Shown: positions 29,509-40,193, counted from the first letter of the stretch. The stretch is 64,000 nucleotides of DNA from an uncultured Verrucomicrobiae bacterium (GCA_963834385.1 CAWIBO010000005.1:128001-192000); one strand, 5' to 3'. Notes: generated from the letters alone by a model not told the origin. Made by a program: numbers and translations.

Positions 29509-30353
29509 TGCAGAAGAAGACGGCCGGCCGAGGCGCCGAGGGTGGCGGCGAGGCCGAGCACGACCGTCTCCGCCACGCAGGTAAGCGGAGTGGCTTCCTC
29601 GAAGCGACCAAAAAACCAGAGAATGCCGGCGGAGACGACGAGGGCGATGGCGTAGCTGATGGTGGTGCCGACGACGACGGAAAAGCGGCCCTGGCCGCGC
29701 ACAAACCGGCGCGATCCCATGAACTCGATGTAGTAGAGAATGAGCGCCGTCAGCAGGAGCGAGAGCAGGACAAGACCAAGCAGCATCTCGACCGAGCTTT
29801 GCGTCGCGATCAGGACCACCTCGTCGGTCGGGGCGACGTTGGCCGCGAAAAGAACCGCGCCGCAACAGGCGATGACAATCTGGCCGCCGAAGTGAATCTC
29901 GTCGCGTGCGCCGTTCTTGAAGCCGGCACGCTTCTTTTTCTTCTCCGGTTCGCCGCCGCCCAGTTGGGAAGTGCCGACGGAAATGCCGATGGCGACGGTC
30001 ATGGCCTCGACCGTTATCTTGCCGACGACTTCATACAACGGCGTTTCGCCGTCCACCTGTCCGAGGAGGATGAGCACGCCCATGGCCACGAGCAAACCGA
30101 GGCCCATTTCCTCCACCGAATCGATCACGACCTCGGTCCAGGAAGCGTCCTCGTGCAGGCCGGCATAACGGTTGTAACCGAGGAGGAGCAGGAAAACGCC
30201 CCCGAGATAAAGCAGGAGCTGCCAGGGCTCGGCTTTAAAGCCGGCCCACCAGATCTCCATGGTGTAGAGAAGCGGCAGGCTGAACATGAGGCCGCCGGCG
30301 ATGCCCCGGGCGTACTCGCGCAGGGAATTGCCAACCGGCGGGGCGACCGTCAT
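29505..30353 (-). CDS. TIGR02587-like integral membrane protein
   Basis: RGIAGGLMFSLPLLYTMEIWW, FAANVAPTDEV, LGASAGRL. Confidence 0.85.
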   Translation of the reverse strand: MTVAPPVGNSLREYARGIAGGLMFSLPLLYTMEIWWAGFKAEPWQLLLYLGGVFLLLLGYNRYAGLHEDASWTEVVIDSVEEMGLGLLVAMGVLILLGQVDGETPLYEVVGKITVEAMTVAIGISVGTSQLGGGEPEKKKKRAGFKNGARDEIHFGGQIVIACCGAVLFAANVAPTDEVVLIATQSSVEMLLGLVLLSLLLTALILYYIEFMGSRRFVRGQGRFSVVVGTTISYAIALVVSAGILWFFGRFEEATPLTCVAETVVLGLAATLGASAGRLLLQ

Positions 30354-30394
30354 ACAGGCAATTCGCACCGGATGGCCGGGGCGCGTGTTTTTGT

Positions 30395-30997
30395 TCAGGC
30401 CGGCCGGGGCATCTCGAAGCGGTCGCGGGTTCGGCAATACCAATGCGGGCTGGCCATGCGCCCAATGACATGGAGCCGCTCCGTCCTGATCCGCAGCCTT
30501 TCGCGGTCGATGAATTCGTCCCGCACATGCAGCCGTTTCACCCGGCCGATGATGACGCGGTTGCCCTCGATCTCGAGCGTGCCCCATTCGGTGCATTCAA
30601 AGCTGGCGGGCGATTCCGCGATGCGCGGCGGCTTCACCACCGAGGAGGGGAGCGTTTTCAGACCGGTCGATTCCAGTTCGTTCGTGCCATGGGGCAGGGA
30701 GGCGGAGGTCTGGTTCATTGCTTCGCCCAGGGCTTCGTCTACGAGGTTGACGACAAACTCGCGCGTCGCGCGAATGTTGCGCGCGGTGTCCTTCGGTTCG
30801 CCGTCGGCCCGGTCGCCCGGGCAGATCATGAGCATGGCGGGATTGCCCCCGATGGCGTTAAAGAAACTGAAAGGCGCCGCATTCAGTTTCCCGTCGGGTG
30901 AGAGCGAAGTGACCCAGGCGATCGGCCGCGGCGTCACCAGTGAAACCAGCATCGCGTAACTGCGCCCGGCGTGTTCTCCTTCGAGATCGAGTTCCAT
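30395..30997 (-). CDS. Flavin reductase-like FMN-binding protein
   Basis: VTPRPIAWV, NAAPFSFFN, KDTARNI...EFVVN, PPRIAESP..FEC. Confidence 0.9.
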   Translation of the reverse strand: MELDLEGEHAGRSYAMLVSLVTPRPIAWVTSLSPDGKLNAAPFSFFNAIGGNPAMLMICPGDRADGEPKDTARNIRATREFVVNLVDEALGEAMNQTSASLPHGTNELESTGLKTLPSSVVKPPRIAESPASFECTEWGTLEIEGNRVIIGRVKRLHVRDEFIDRERLRIRTERLHVIGRMASPHWYCRTRDRFEMPRPA

Positions 30998-31018
30998 GGC
31001 GGAATGTATACGCAAATC

Positions 31019-31050
31019 GTCCGCAGATTGCGCAGATTTACACAGATTAA
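31019..31050 (+). repeat. CAGATT triplet repeat (9-10 nt period)
   Basis: GTCCGCAGATTGCGCAGATTTACACAGATTAA, 29/32 identical to the reverse complement of 51468..51499. Confidence 0.85.
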
Positions 31051-31082
31051 AGCAGCCTGAATCCGCGGAGTTCTTGCCCAGG

Positions 31083-33083
31083 CTACGACCGGCGCTGCTT
31101 GATTGCCGCCAGAATCTCCGCGACCACTTCATCGCGCGGCCGGGCCCCGAGGTTGCCCTGGCCGTGCACGCGCACGCTGACGGCGCCGGCCTCGAGGTCG
31201 CGCGCGCCGAGCACGAGCATGGTGTGGACTTTCATCTGCTCGGCGCTGGAGATCTTGGCCTTGATATGATCGTTGCTCGCGTCGAGCTCGCAGCGGACCT
31301 GGGCCGAGCGGAGTTCCGCCTGAAGGGCGCGCGCATACTCCAGGAGCGGCGCCTCGTCCCCGATGGGCAGGATGCGGACCTGTTCCGGGGCGAGCCAGAG
31401 CGGGAAATTGCCGGCGTAATGCTCGATGAGGAAGCCAATGAAGCGCTCGTGCGTGCCGAGCGGCGCCCGGTGGATGCAGAGCGGATGTTTCTCCGTGTTA
31501 TCGCGGTCCTTGTAGACCAGCCCAAAGCGGGGCGGCACCGCGAAATCGACCTGGTTGGTCGCAATGGAAAACTCGCGCCCGATCGCGCTCCAGACCTGCA
31601 CATCGATCTTGGGGCCGTAAAAGGCGGCTTCGTTCGGGACCTCCACGTAGTTGATCCCGCTGCGCTGGAGAACGCCGCGCACCATTTCCTCCGTCCGGAG
31701 CCAGAGAGGCGAGTTGTCGACAAACTTCTGGCCGAGCCGGGCCGGGTCGTGCGTGGAGAAGCGCATGACGTATTTCTCGATCCCGAAGATCTTGAAGTAG
31801 TCGAGGTAGAGCTGGTTGACCGCGTTGAACTCGGCCTCGAACTGCTCTTCGGTGCAGTAGATGTGAGCGTCGTTCATCTGCATGGAGCGAACGCGCATCA
31901 GGCCGAAGAGTTCGCCTGATTGTTCGTAGCGGTAGCAGGTGCCGTATTCGGCAAAGCGCAGCGGGAGGTCGCGATAACTGTGCGGCACCGCAGCGAAAAG
32001 CTTGTGATGATGCGGGCAGTTCATCGCCTTCAGGTAATAACGGTCTCCGAGGGGCGCGGCCGTCTCGGCTGCGCGGCGGGCGGGCGTATCGCCTGCCGGC
32101 TCTGTCGTGGCCGCATTTGGGCTCGCCAAAGTTCGTTCCGGCGAGACGCCGGAACCGGCGGGCAGGATGCCCACCCTACCCGGGAGATTGCCTGCGTGCT
32201 CGTGCAGTTCCATCGGCGGGAACATTGACTCAGCGTAGTAGGGAAGATGGCCGCTGAGTTTGTACATGCTTTCCCGGGCGAGGTGCGGGGTTCGGACGCG
32301 CTGGTATCCGGCGGCGAACTCGGTTTCGCGGGCGAGCTTTTCCAGCTCATCAATAATGGCGGCGCCGCGCGGCAGCCAGAGAGGGAGCCCGGGGCCGACG
32401 TCGTCGTCAAAGGTGAAAAGCTGGAGTTCGCGGCCGAGTTTGCGGTGGTCCCGCTTTTTCGCCTCCTCCAGCATCGCGAAGTATTCCTCGAGCTGGGTCT
32501 TGTTCTTGAAGGCCGTGCCGTAGATGCGCTGCAACTGCGGGTTCTTCTCGTCGCCCTTGTAGTAGGCGCTCGCGACATGGGTCAGCCGGAAGGCGCCGAT
32601 GTTCCCGGTGCGCATGACGTGCGGCCCGGCACAGAGATCGAGAAAATCGCCGTTACGGAAGAGCGAGATCTCCTCGTCCGCGGGAATGTGCTCCACGATA
32701 TCGAGCTTGAACTTCGAGGGCGCAGGCCGGGCGCCGAGCGCGGCCAGCTCGCCCCGTTGGGCCAGCGCGAGCGCTTCCTCCCGCGAAACCACGCTGCGTT
32801 CAAAGCGATGGTTCGCCTTGATCTCCTTTTTCATTTCCGCCTCGATCTTCTCGAAATCTTCGGGGGAGATCCGGTGCGGCAGTTCGAGGTCGTAATAAAA
32901 CCCATTCTCGACCGGCGGGCCGGCGGCGAACTGCGCTTCCGGCCAGAGACGCAGGATGGCCGTGGCCAGCACGTGGGCGCAGGAATGGCGGATCCGCTCC
33001 AGGTCGGTCATGGGCGGTCCCTCGTGCGCACCGCCTTTCGCGGCGGCCGCGGGATCCTCGGCGGCGCTCTTCTCGTCGTTCAT
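31083..33083 (-). CDS. thrS: Threonine--tRNA ligase (lacks N-terminal TGS domain; ~50-aa insertion)
   Basis: RHSCAH, DLCAGPH, LQRIYG, RDHRKLG, KAMNCPHH, GLMRVR, AAFYGPKID, IHRAPLGTHERF, FPLWLAPEQ. Confidence 0.98.
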   Translation of the reverse strand: MNDEKSAAEDPAAAAKGGAHEGPPMTDLERIRHSCAHVLATAILRLWPEAQFAAGPPVENGFYYDLELPHRISPEDFEKIEAEMKKEIKANHRFERSVVSREEALALAQRGELAALGARPAPSKFKLDIVEHIPADEEISLFRNGDFLDLCAGPHVMRTGNIGAFRLTHVASAYYKGDEKNPQLQRIYGTAFKNKTQLEEYFAMLEEAKKRDHRKLGRELQLFTFDDDVGPGLPLWLPRGAAIIDELEKLARETEFAAGYQRVRTPHLARESMYKLSGHLPYYAESMFPPMELHEHAGNLPGRVGILPAGSGVSPERTLASPNAATTEPAGDTPARRAAETAAPLGDRYYLKAMNCPHHHKLFAAVPHSYRDLPLRFAEYGTCYRYEQSGELFGLMRVRSMQMNDAHIYCTEEQFEAEFNAVNQLYLDYFKIFGIEKYVMRFSTHDPARLGQKFVDNSPLWLRTEEMVRGVLQRSGINYVEVPNEAAFYGPKIDVQVWSAIGREFSIATNQVDFAVPPRFGLVYKDRDNTEKHPLCIHRAPLGTHERFIGFLIEHYAGNFPLWLAPEQVRILPIGDEAPLLEYARALQAELRSAQVRCELDASNDHIKAKISSAEQMKVHTMLVLGARDLEAGAVSVRVHGQGNLGARPRDEVVAEILAAIKQRRS
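32050..32186 (-). repeat. REP-doublet-derived in-frame insertion within thrS
   Basis: 32128..32186 matches the intergenic element 11282..11340. Positions 32050..32100 look like a degenerate inverted partner (GCAGGCGATACGCCCGC..GCAGCCGAGACGGCCGCGCCCC on the minus strand). Confidence 0.85.
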
Positions 33084-33147
33084 CGGTAGCGGGAGATTGC
33101 GCGACTTCCCCGCCCGTGACAAGGGGCGGCGCAACCGAAGCGCTTCC

Positions 33148-34593
33148 TTACTCGCCGCTCGGAAGCGAGCCGTGGGCTTCCTGCATGATGCGGCGCGGCC
33201 CCTTCTCCCGTCTCTCTTTCGGCAGCGGCTCGGTCATGGGCCGGATCCAATCGGCATGGCCCAGGGTCCGCGGCTGGGCCGCGAGATCGACGATCGGATC
33301 GACCAGCAGTTCCGGTTTGCGCCCGTTCAGCGACGCATAGACGCGCGCCTCCACCCGGAGCGGCTTGCGCCCGTAATACGGAATCTCCCGCGCGAGAAAG
33401 TGCGCGAACTGGAGAATCATGTCGGGCCGCGTCAGCGCCTTGGTGGCCTGGTGCCAGGCGAGGTACTGCCGGGGATTGGCCCTGGCTTCGCGACCGGTGT
33501 TCGGGTCGACCACGTAAAAGCGGGCCTGCGCCTCGCGATCGTGCAATTTCATCCGCCAGGAAAAGCGGTGACCCTCGTAGGTCCAGCCGACATCGCCCGG
33601 ATACAGATAATGGCGCAGAGGGACAAGGAGCTGCACCAGGGCGTAGAGACCCGCGAGGGCGAGGACGGTGTTCTGCCAGGCCCGGCCACTGGCCGGGACG
33701 GACGGCGCCGGCGTGGGAAAAGGCCGGCGGGTGAGGAAACGCAGGACTTTGCGGGGCCAGTCAGGCGCGAGAAAGAGAGTGGTCGCGGCCGCACCCAGCC
33801 ACGGAAAAATCCCGATGTGAAACATGTGGGCGTTCAGGATGTGGAACAGAATGGCCAGGACGAAGGCGAAGAGGCGCGTCCGGCGCCAAAGGAGCAGGGG
33901 GACGATGGCGAGGTCGAGCAGCAGGCCGCCGTAGCTCAGGAAGTAGGGCATCCACTCGGTGTTGACGTAGGGGCCAATGATGGGCACCTGCGTTTCGTCG
34001 GACACCCAGTTGCGCATCGGTTCGCCCGCGAGCCAGTCGGGATTGATCTTGGCCACCCCGCCGTAAAAATAGACGACACCGAGCTGGAGACGAAGAATCC
34101 AGAGCGGCCAGACCGGCACGGTGGCGGCGCGGGGAGCGAGCCGGAGGAAAGGATCGAGAGCCCAGGCGCGGTTGGCCGGGAGAAAGACCAGCAAAAAGCT
34201 GAGCAGGCAGATCAGGTACATGTGGTTGAGGTAGATCGCCTGCTCGAGCAGAAAGGTGTAGGTGATCCCCACGAAGAAGAGGGCCGCGGCCACGCGGTAG
34301 AAAAGGCCGAGGGTGATGAGCGCGGCGAGCGCCCCGAGGACATACCAATGATAGATCAGGCCGTCGCCCGGCCACGGCTGGACCCATTCGAAGCCGTAGT
34401 ATTTGAAGAGAAACTTCGGCTGCATCCAGAAGAGTTGAACCCAGCCTTTGCTGAGGTAACGGTAGACCTCGACCACCATGAGGACGCCGAAGGCCGCGCG
34501 AAAAAAGACGAGGGAAGAGGCGTCGACCGGCCGGAAAGCGGCGGTCCGGAGACGGGCGGCGAAGGAATTGCTGGGCGCGGCTCTTTTTGTCAC
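33148..34593 (-). CDS. HTTM-domain protein, vitamin K-dependent gamma-carboxylase homolog
   Basis: L.FFR..FG, FKYYGFEWV.P, GLFYR, YLNHMYL, YFYGGVAKINPDWL.GEP, IGIFPW, WTYEGHRFSWRMKL, SLNGR. Confidence 0.9.
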   Translation of the reverse strand: MTKRAAPSNSFAARLRTAAFRPVDASSLVFFRAAFGVLMVVEVYRYLSKGWVQLFWMQPKFLFKYYGFEWVQPWPGDGLIYHWYVLGALAALITLGLFYRVAAALFFVGITYTFLLEQAIYLNHMYLICLLSFLLVFLPANRAWALDPFLRLAPRAATVPVWPLWILRLQLGVVYFYGGVAKINPDWLAGEPMRNWVSDETQVPIIGPYVNTEWMPYFLSYGGLLLDLAIVPLLLWRRTRLFAFVLAILFHILNAHMFHIGIFPWLGAAATTLFLAPDWPRKVLRFLTRRPFPTPAPSVPASGRAWQNTVLALAGLYALVQLLVPLRHYLYPGDVGWTYEGHRFSWRMKLHDREAQARFYVVDPNTGREARANPRQYLAWHQATKALTRPDMILQFAHFLAREIPYYGRKPLRVEARVYASLNGRKPELLVDPIVDLAAQPRTLGHADWIRPMTEPLPKERREKGPRRIMQEAHGSLPSGE

Positions 34594-34603
34594 GACGCGC
34601 TGA

Positions 34604-35144
34604 TTACTGCAGGGCCGCGAGGGCTTTCAGATCGATTCGTTTCAACCACTCCTGGAGTTCCGCCGCTTCCTGTCCCTGGGTCTCGATCTGGAGGAGGAAG
34701 CGATTGGCCACCATGACCCAGAGTGTCCCATGCTTGCCCTCTTTCTCGAAGGTCTCGAAGGCCGGATAATCCCCGATCTTGAGGGCCTTGGTGTAGCCTT
34801 CCGGCGTTTCCGCGGTCGGTATCCCAGGCCGCGGTGGAAGCGGCCACGTATTCCTGGTTGCCCGCCGAGTCGAGAATGCTGATGGACGTCAGCGGGATGT
34901 TTTCGCCTTCGCCTTTCTGGTAGTCGCGGTGAGCGGTGCTCAGCTTGAAACCGCCGGAATCATCCGTGCTGCCTTCGGCCTCCTCGGCGGTCCATCCCTC
35001 GGGTGCTTCCGGGAGAAGCGGCAGGAGCGCGGAATAGTTCACCGCCTCGACCGTGGAGATGGCGGGTTGCGCGGAGGCAAGCGCGGGCAGCAGCAGGGCC
35101 GTGGCCGCGAGAACAGCCTGCAGGGGCCGTGGAAACTTGATCAT
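34604..35144 (-). CDS. Secreted hypothetical protein (frameshift near 34815)
   Basis: Signal peptide, then LLPLLPEAPEGW. The shifted frame continues EGYTKALKIGDYPAFETF..VANRFLLQIE..KRIDLKALAALQ*. Confidence 0.75.
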
Positions 35145-35323
35145 GGGAGGAAGGGCAACTTCGCCCTGGTACCGGATTCCCTTCTTCCCAGCCGTTTGTC
35201 AAGACGGGACCGGTCCGGCGCGCGAAAAATGAGGCGGTCGCCGGGGCCGCGAAGTGCGGGAGAGGCGATGGCGCCGAGGAAATGTCTTTGGGAGTCCGCG
35301 GGACGCCGTCTATTTTGCGAGGA

Positions 35324-35821
35324 ATGAAGCATGAGCGTGTCGAGATTCGCCCGGCGGCGGAGGCGGACGTCCCGTTGATTCTGCAGTTGATTCGGGAGCT
35401 GGCGGAATACGAGCGGGCGCCGGGCGACGTGGTGGCGACGGAGGAAGGTTTGCGCGGCGTGTTGTTTGGCCAGCGGCCCTCCGCGGAGGTGTTGCTGGCG
35501 ATGGTCGGGCACGAACCGGTGGGGTTCGCCGTTTTCTTCCATAACTTCTCGACCTGGCTGGGACGCCCGGGGCTTTACCTGGAGGATTTGTTTGTGCGGC
35601 CCGACCAGCGCGGGCACGGATATGGCCGGGCGCTGCTCGAGCATCTGGCGCGGATCGCGCAAGAACGCGGCTGCGGGCGGATGGAATGGGCGGTGCTCGA
35701 CTGGAACGAGCCGGCCATCCAGTTCTACAGGAAACTGGGGGCGCGCCCGATGGACGAGTGGACGGTGTTCCGGCTCACCGAAAGCGAGATCGCGCAACTG
35801 GCGGGGACGGGAGGAAGCTGA
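35324..35821 (+). CDS. GNAT N-acetyltransferase (SSAT-like)
   Basis: LIRELAEYE, NFSTWLGRPGLYLEDLFV, RGHGYG, EWAVLDWNEPAIQFY. Confidence 0.92.
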   Translation: MKHERVEIRPAAEADVPLILQLIRELAEYERAPGDVVATEEGLRGVLFGQRPSAEVLLAMVGHEPVGFAVFFHNFSTWLGRPGLYLEDLFVRPDQRGHGYGRALLEHLARIAQERGCGRMEWAVLDWNEPAIQFYRKLGARPMDEWTVFRLTESEIAQLAGTGGS

Positions 35822-35837
35822 AGAGACGAATGACGCC

Positions 35838-37632
35838 ATGACCAGGATTGAGGATTACGCCTTTATCGGCGACACGCAGACCGGGGCGCTGGTCAGCCGT
35901 GATGGCTGCATTGACTGGCTTTGTTTTCCCCGGTTCGATTCGCCCGCCTGTTTTGCGTCGCTTGTCGGCACGGGCGAAAACGGGCGCTGGCGTTTCTACA
36001 CCGGCGAGGAGGTGACGCGGACGAGTCGGCGTTATGTGGGCGACACCCTCATTCTCGAGACGGAGATCGAGACGGCGGGCGGCTGTGTCCGGCTGATCGA
36101 TTTCATGCCGCCGCGGGGGAAGGCACCCGACATCGTCCGGATCGTGGAAGGTGTGCGCGGAACCGTGCCGATGGAGATGGAGCTGGTGATTCGCTTCGAT
36201 TACGGAAAAATCGTGCCCTGGGTGCGCCGCCGGGACGGAGGGCTGGAGGCGATCGCCGGGCCGGACGCGATGGTGCTGCGCACGGAAGTTCCGACCCATG
36301 GCAAACGCCTGACCACGGTGGCGCAGTTCGAGGTGCGCAAGGGCGACCGGTTGCCCTTTGTCCTGACCTGGTTCCCTTCGCATGAACGCTCCCCGGAGCC
36401 GATCAACGCGGAACATGCGTTGGAAGAAACGAAACATTTCTGGGAAAGTTGGGCCGCCCAGTACGTTCCGCGTTCACCCTGGAGCAAGGAGGTCATGCGC
36501 TCGCTCCTCACGCTCAAGGGGCTGACCTACGGACCGACCGGGGGGATCGTGGCGGCCTGCACCACCTCGCTGCCGGAGGAAATAGGCGGGGTGCGCAACT
36601 GGGATTACCGGTTCTGCTGGCTGCGCGACGCCACTTTCACGCTGCTTTCGCTGATGGGGGCAGGTTACAAGGAGGAAGCGCGGGCCTGGCGCGAGTGGCT
36701 TCTCCGCGCCATCGCCGGGACACCGGAGCAGACCCAGATCATGTACGGCGTGGCCGGGGAACGCCGTCTCCCGGAGGCCGAGTTGCCCTGGCTTTCGGGT
36801 TATGAAAACTCGGTCCCGGTGCGGATCGGCAACGCCGCCAGCGAACAGTTCCAGCTCGATGTTTATGGCGAGGTGATGGACGCGATGTATCAGGCCCACG
36901 AAGCCGGCATCACCAACCGCGACCGCGACTGGCATCTGCAGGCTTCGCTCCTGAACTTCCTCGAGTCGGCCTGGGAAAAGCCGGACGAAGGGATCTGGGA
37001 AGTCCGGGGCGGTCGCCGCCACTTTCACGCACTCGAAGGTCATGGCCTGGGTGGCTTTTAACCGCGGGATCCGGCTGGTGGAAAACTGCGGCTGCAGCGC
37101 CACGGAACATCTTCCCCGGTGGAAAAACAGCGCGCAAACGATCCATCGCGAGGTTTGCGAACGCGGGTTTAGCCGCGAGAAAAATTCGTTTACCCAGTCC
37201 TACGACGCCGACTGCCTCGATGCCAGCCTGCTGGTGATCCCGATGGTCGGTTTTCTGCCGCCGGAGGATCCGCGCGTGCTGGGCACCATCGCCGCGGTGG
37301 AACGCGAGCTGATGTGCGAGGGGTTCGTCCAGCGCTACCTGCCGGAAGAGCGCGGCGTGGACGGCTTGCCGGGCGGGGAAGGGGTCTTTCTGCCCTGCTC
37401 CTTCTGGCTGGCCGATTGCCTGCACCTGACCGGACGGCGCGACGAAGCGCGCGCTCTCTTCGAGCGTCTGCTCAGCGTGCGCAACGACCTTGGTCTCTTC
37501 TCGGAGGAATACGATCCGGTGAAAAAGCGGCAGCTGGGAAACTTTCCGCAGGCCTTCACCCACGTGGCCATGATTCACACGGCCTGGCTGCTGGGCCGCG
37601 AGGATTCACCGGCACAACACCGCGGGGATTGA
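35838..37632 (+). CDS. Glycoside hydrolase family 15 (trehalase/glucoamylase-like; frameshift near 37025)
   Basis: IEDYAFIGD, TTSLPEEIGGVRNWDYRFCWLRDA, QLDVYGE, GIWEVRG, GLFSEE, GNFPQAFTH. Confidence 0.93.
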
Positions 37633-37649
37633 CCGGGCCCGGGGCGTCC

Positions 37650-40092
37650 TTACGGCGCCTGCCGAGGCGACGCGCCTTCCTGACCGTTACCAGCGTTCGG
37701 GCCCGTTTTGGGAGCCGCGGCGGCAGGGGCACGGGTCAGGGTCGGGCGCGCTTCCCCGGCGAAGATGGCTTTGCCGGCGAGGAAATGAAGCTGGGGCTGG
37801 TCAAGGCTCTCGATCAGTTCCGGGATGGGATCGCGCAGGATGCGGGGATGATCACGACGTTTCTCGAGGTCTTCGGCCCGCGTGAGCCCGATCTCGCGCA
37901 GCGACGCGGCCGCGCGCGGGTTTTGCGAGAGCACGGCATTGGCCCGAACAAAGTCCGCCGGCCCGAGCGGCCGTTCGGTGGCGACAAAGAGCATGTCGTT
38001 GGCCGAGCCGCGAAAGGCGGTCACGAACGGAAACTCGCTCCGCAGGGTTGAGCCAACCCGGTCGAGAATTTCTGCGTTCACCCCGTAGAGCTGCATCCAC
38101 TGCACGAACACGCCGCCGGGACTCAAGCTCTTCTTCACCACCACATAAAATTCGCGCGAGAAAAGCTGACCCGTCCCGCGGGTCCAGAGATGGCTCGGCT
38201 CGGAGATGATGACGTCCCACTTCTCCGGGCTTCGGCGCAGGACCCGAAAGGCGTCGCCAATGCGCAGATCGAGACGGGGATCCTCGTGCACATCATGCGT
38301 GCTCCGCGCGAAGTGGGGCAGGGTCAGGACCGTTTCCGGCAGCACTTCCGCCACCGTGATCTGTTTCCACTCGGGATAAAGCGCGAGCTGGCCCGCGGTC
38401 ACCCCCGTGCCCAGGCCGACGATGAGGGCGCGTTCGCGCTGCCGCGCGAAAAGGGCGCCAAGGTCGCCCAGGAGCCGGAGCGTTTCACGGTCGGAGTGTG
38501 TGTTGGAATCGGATTTGCCGTTGGTGAAAATCGAACGGGCCCGCAGCGGCGGCGTGCCCTCGGGGGCCGAGCCGAACGCGCGCTCTCTCGTATCCTCGAT
38601 CACCGCGACCGAGGCAGCCGGGCCTTCCCGGTAATCGATCACGCGCAGGACGGCATCGCGCGCGGCATAAAAGGCGGCGGCGCCTCCCCATGTCTCGAGC
38701 GAGGGCGTGATCAGGCGCGACGTCCCCATGGCGAAACGGCGCGGCTCATGGCCGGGACGGACCACAAACATGACGGCGGCGAGCACCACCGGCACCATGG
38801 CCCAGGCGAACGGGCGCAGGCCGCGCGCGAACGCCGCCAGCGCCGCTGAGGCCGCGCAGAGCAGCGCCGCCGCCAGGAAGATGGCGCCGTTGCCCATCCA
38901 AAGATAAAGAAGCCAGCCCCCGATGAGGCTGCCGCAGACCGCGCCGGCCAGGTTCCAGAAGAAGAGAAGACCGGAATGCCAGCCGACCCGGGCCAGGCTC
39001 CGGCGCAGCTCATGGAACGCAATCGGAAGGGTGGCCCCGGCCAGGCAGACCGGCACGGCCAGCACACAGGTCAGCACCGCGATCACCGCGAGTTTGTGCC
39101 ACCAAAACCCGGCCGGGTTGGAGGCAAAGGCGACCCGCACCACGTGGGCGACGTAGGGCCATTCGTCCAGGGTCACGAACAAGGCGAGGAGCGAAAGCGC
39201 CAGAAGGCTTTGGTTCCAGATGAGGGCGTTGCGTGAAAGATGGCGGCGCCCTCCTACGATGAGGCTGCCGAGACCGATGCAGAGCACAAAGACGCCCACG
39301 ATCAGGGCAAAGGAATAAGTGGAAGGGCCGAGCGAGAGATCGGTCACGCGGATCAGGACGTTCTCAAGTGTCATGACGTAGGCGCCGGAACAAAAGGCCA
39401 CCGCGAGCAGCACCGGCACCGGGTAACCGCGCGCCGATTCGATTTCGGTGGTCGTGGCGGGTGGCGCGGGATCCACCGGACGCCGCCGACCGAGCAGAAA
39501 GAAGAAGCCGGCCGCGGCCACGTTGCAGATGGCGCCGGCCTGCAAGGCGCCGGGCAAGCCCGATGAGCGGGACAAGGAAAAATCCGGCGCCGAGCGCACC
39601 GGCGAACGCGCCCAGGGTGTTGATGGCGTAAACCCGCGCGTGCACGTGCGTGGCGTGATCGACGCTCTCGGAAATGGCGCGCGTCAGCAGGGGGACAGTG
39701 CCGCCCATGCAAAGGGTGGGGACCAGCATGAGCAGGAGCGCTACGAACGCGCCCTGACCAAGCAGCCAGCCGGGCGCGGCAAACGACCAAGAAGCGGTGA
39801 GCCAGTCGATCCCCTGGAAAAGAAAGGGGAAGAGGAGGGCCCAGAGCCCGATCAGAGCCTCGAGCGCCGCGTAAACAAAAAGGGAATTGCGCACCCGCGC
39901 GCTGAGCGCGCCACTCAGCAGATAGCCGGCGCCAAGGCCGCCCAGGAAGACCGCCAGGATGACCGCGGTGGCGGCATGCTCATTGCCGACCAGACGGCCG
40001 AGATACTGCTGCCAGACCACCTGGTAAACCAGCGCCGCCGCGCCGGTGGCAAAAACGGTCAGGTAAAGAATGAAGCGAACGGCGGCAGACAT
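37650..40092 (-). CDS. Fused multi-TM / spermidine-synthase-like SAM-dependent protein (frameshift near 39550)
   Basis: N-terminal G.AALVYQVVW..YAINTLGA TM repeats. C-terminal IVGLGTGVT, GDAFRVL, DVIISEPS, FSREFY, PGGVFVQW. Confidence 0.85.
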
Positions 40093-40193
40093 GGCGGAGA
40101 CCGTTTCAGCAGAAATTCGGCCGCCGGAACAGCGAAAGAACGGTTTGCATCGACTTTTCCTCCCGTTTCGCCTACCAACTTCGCCGCCCCCGC

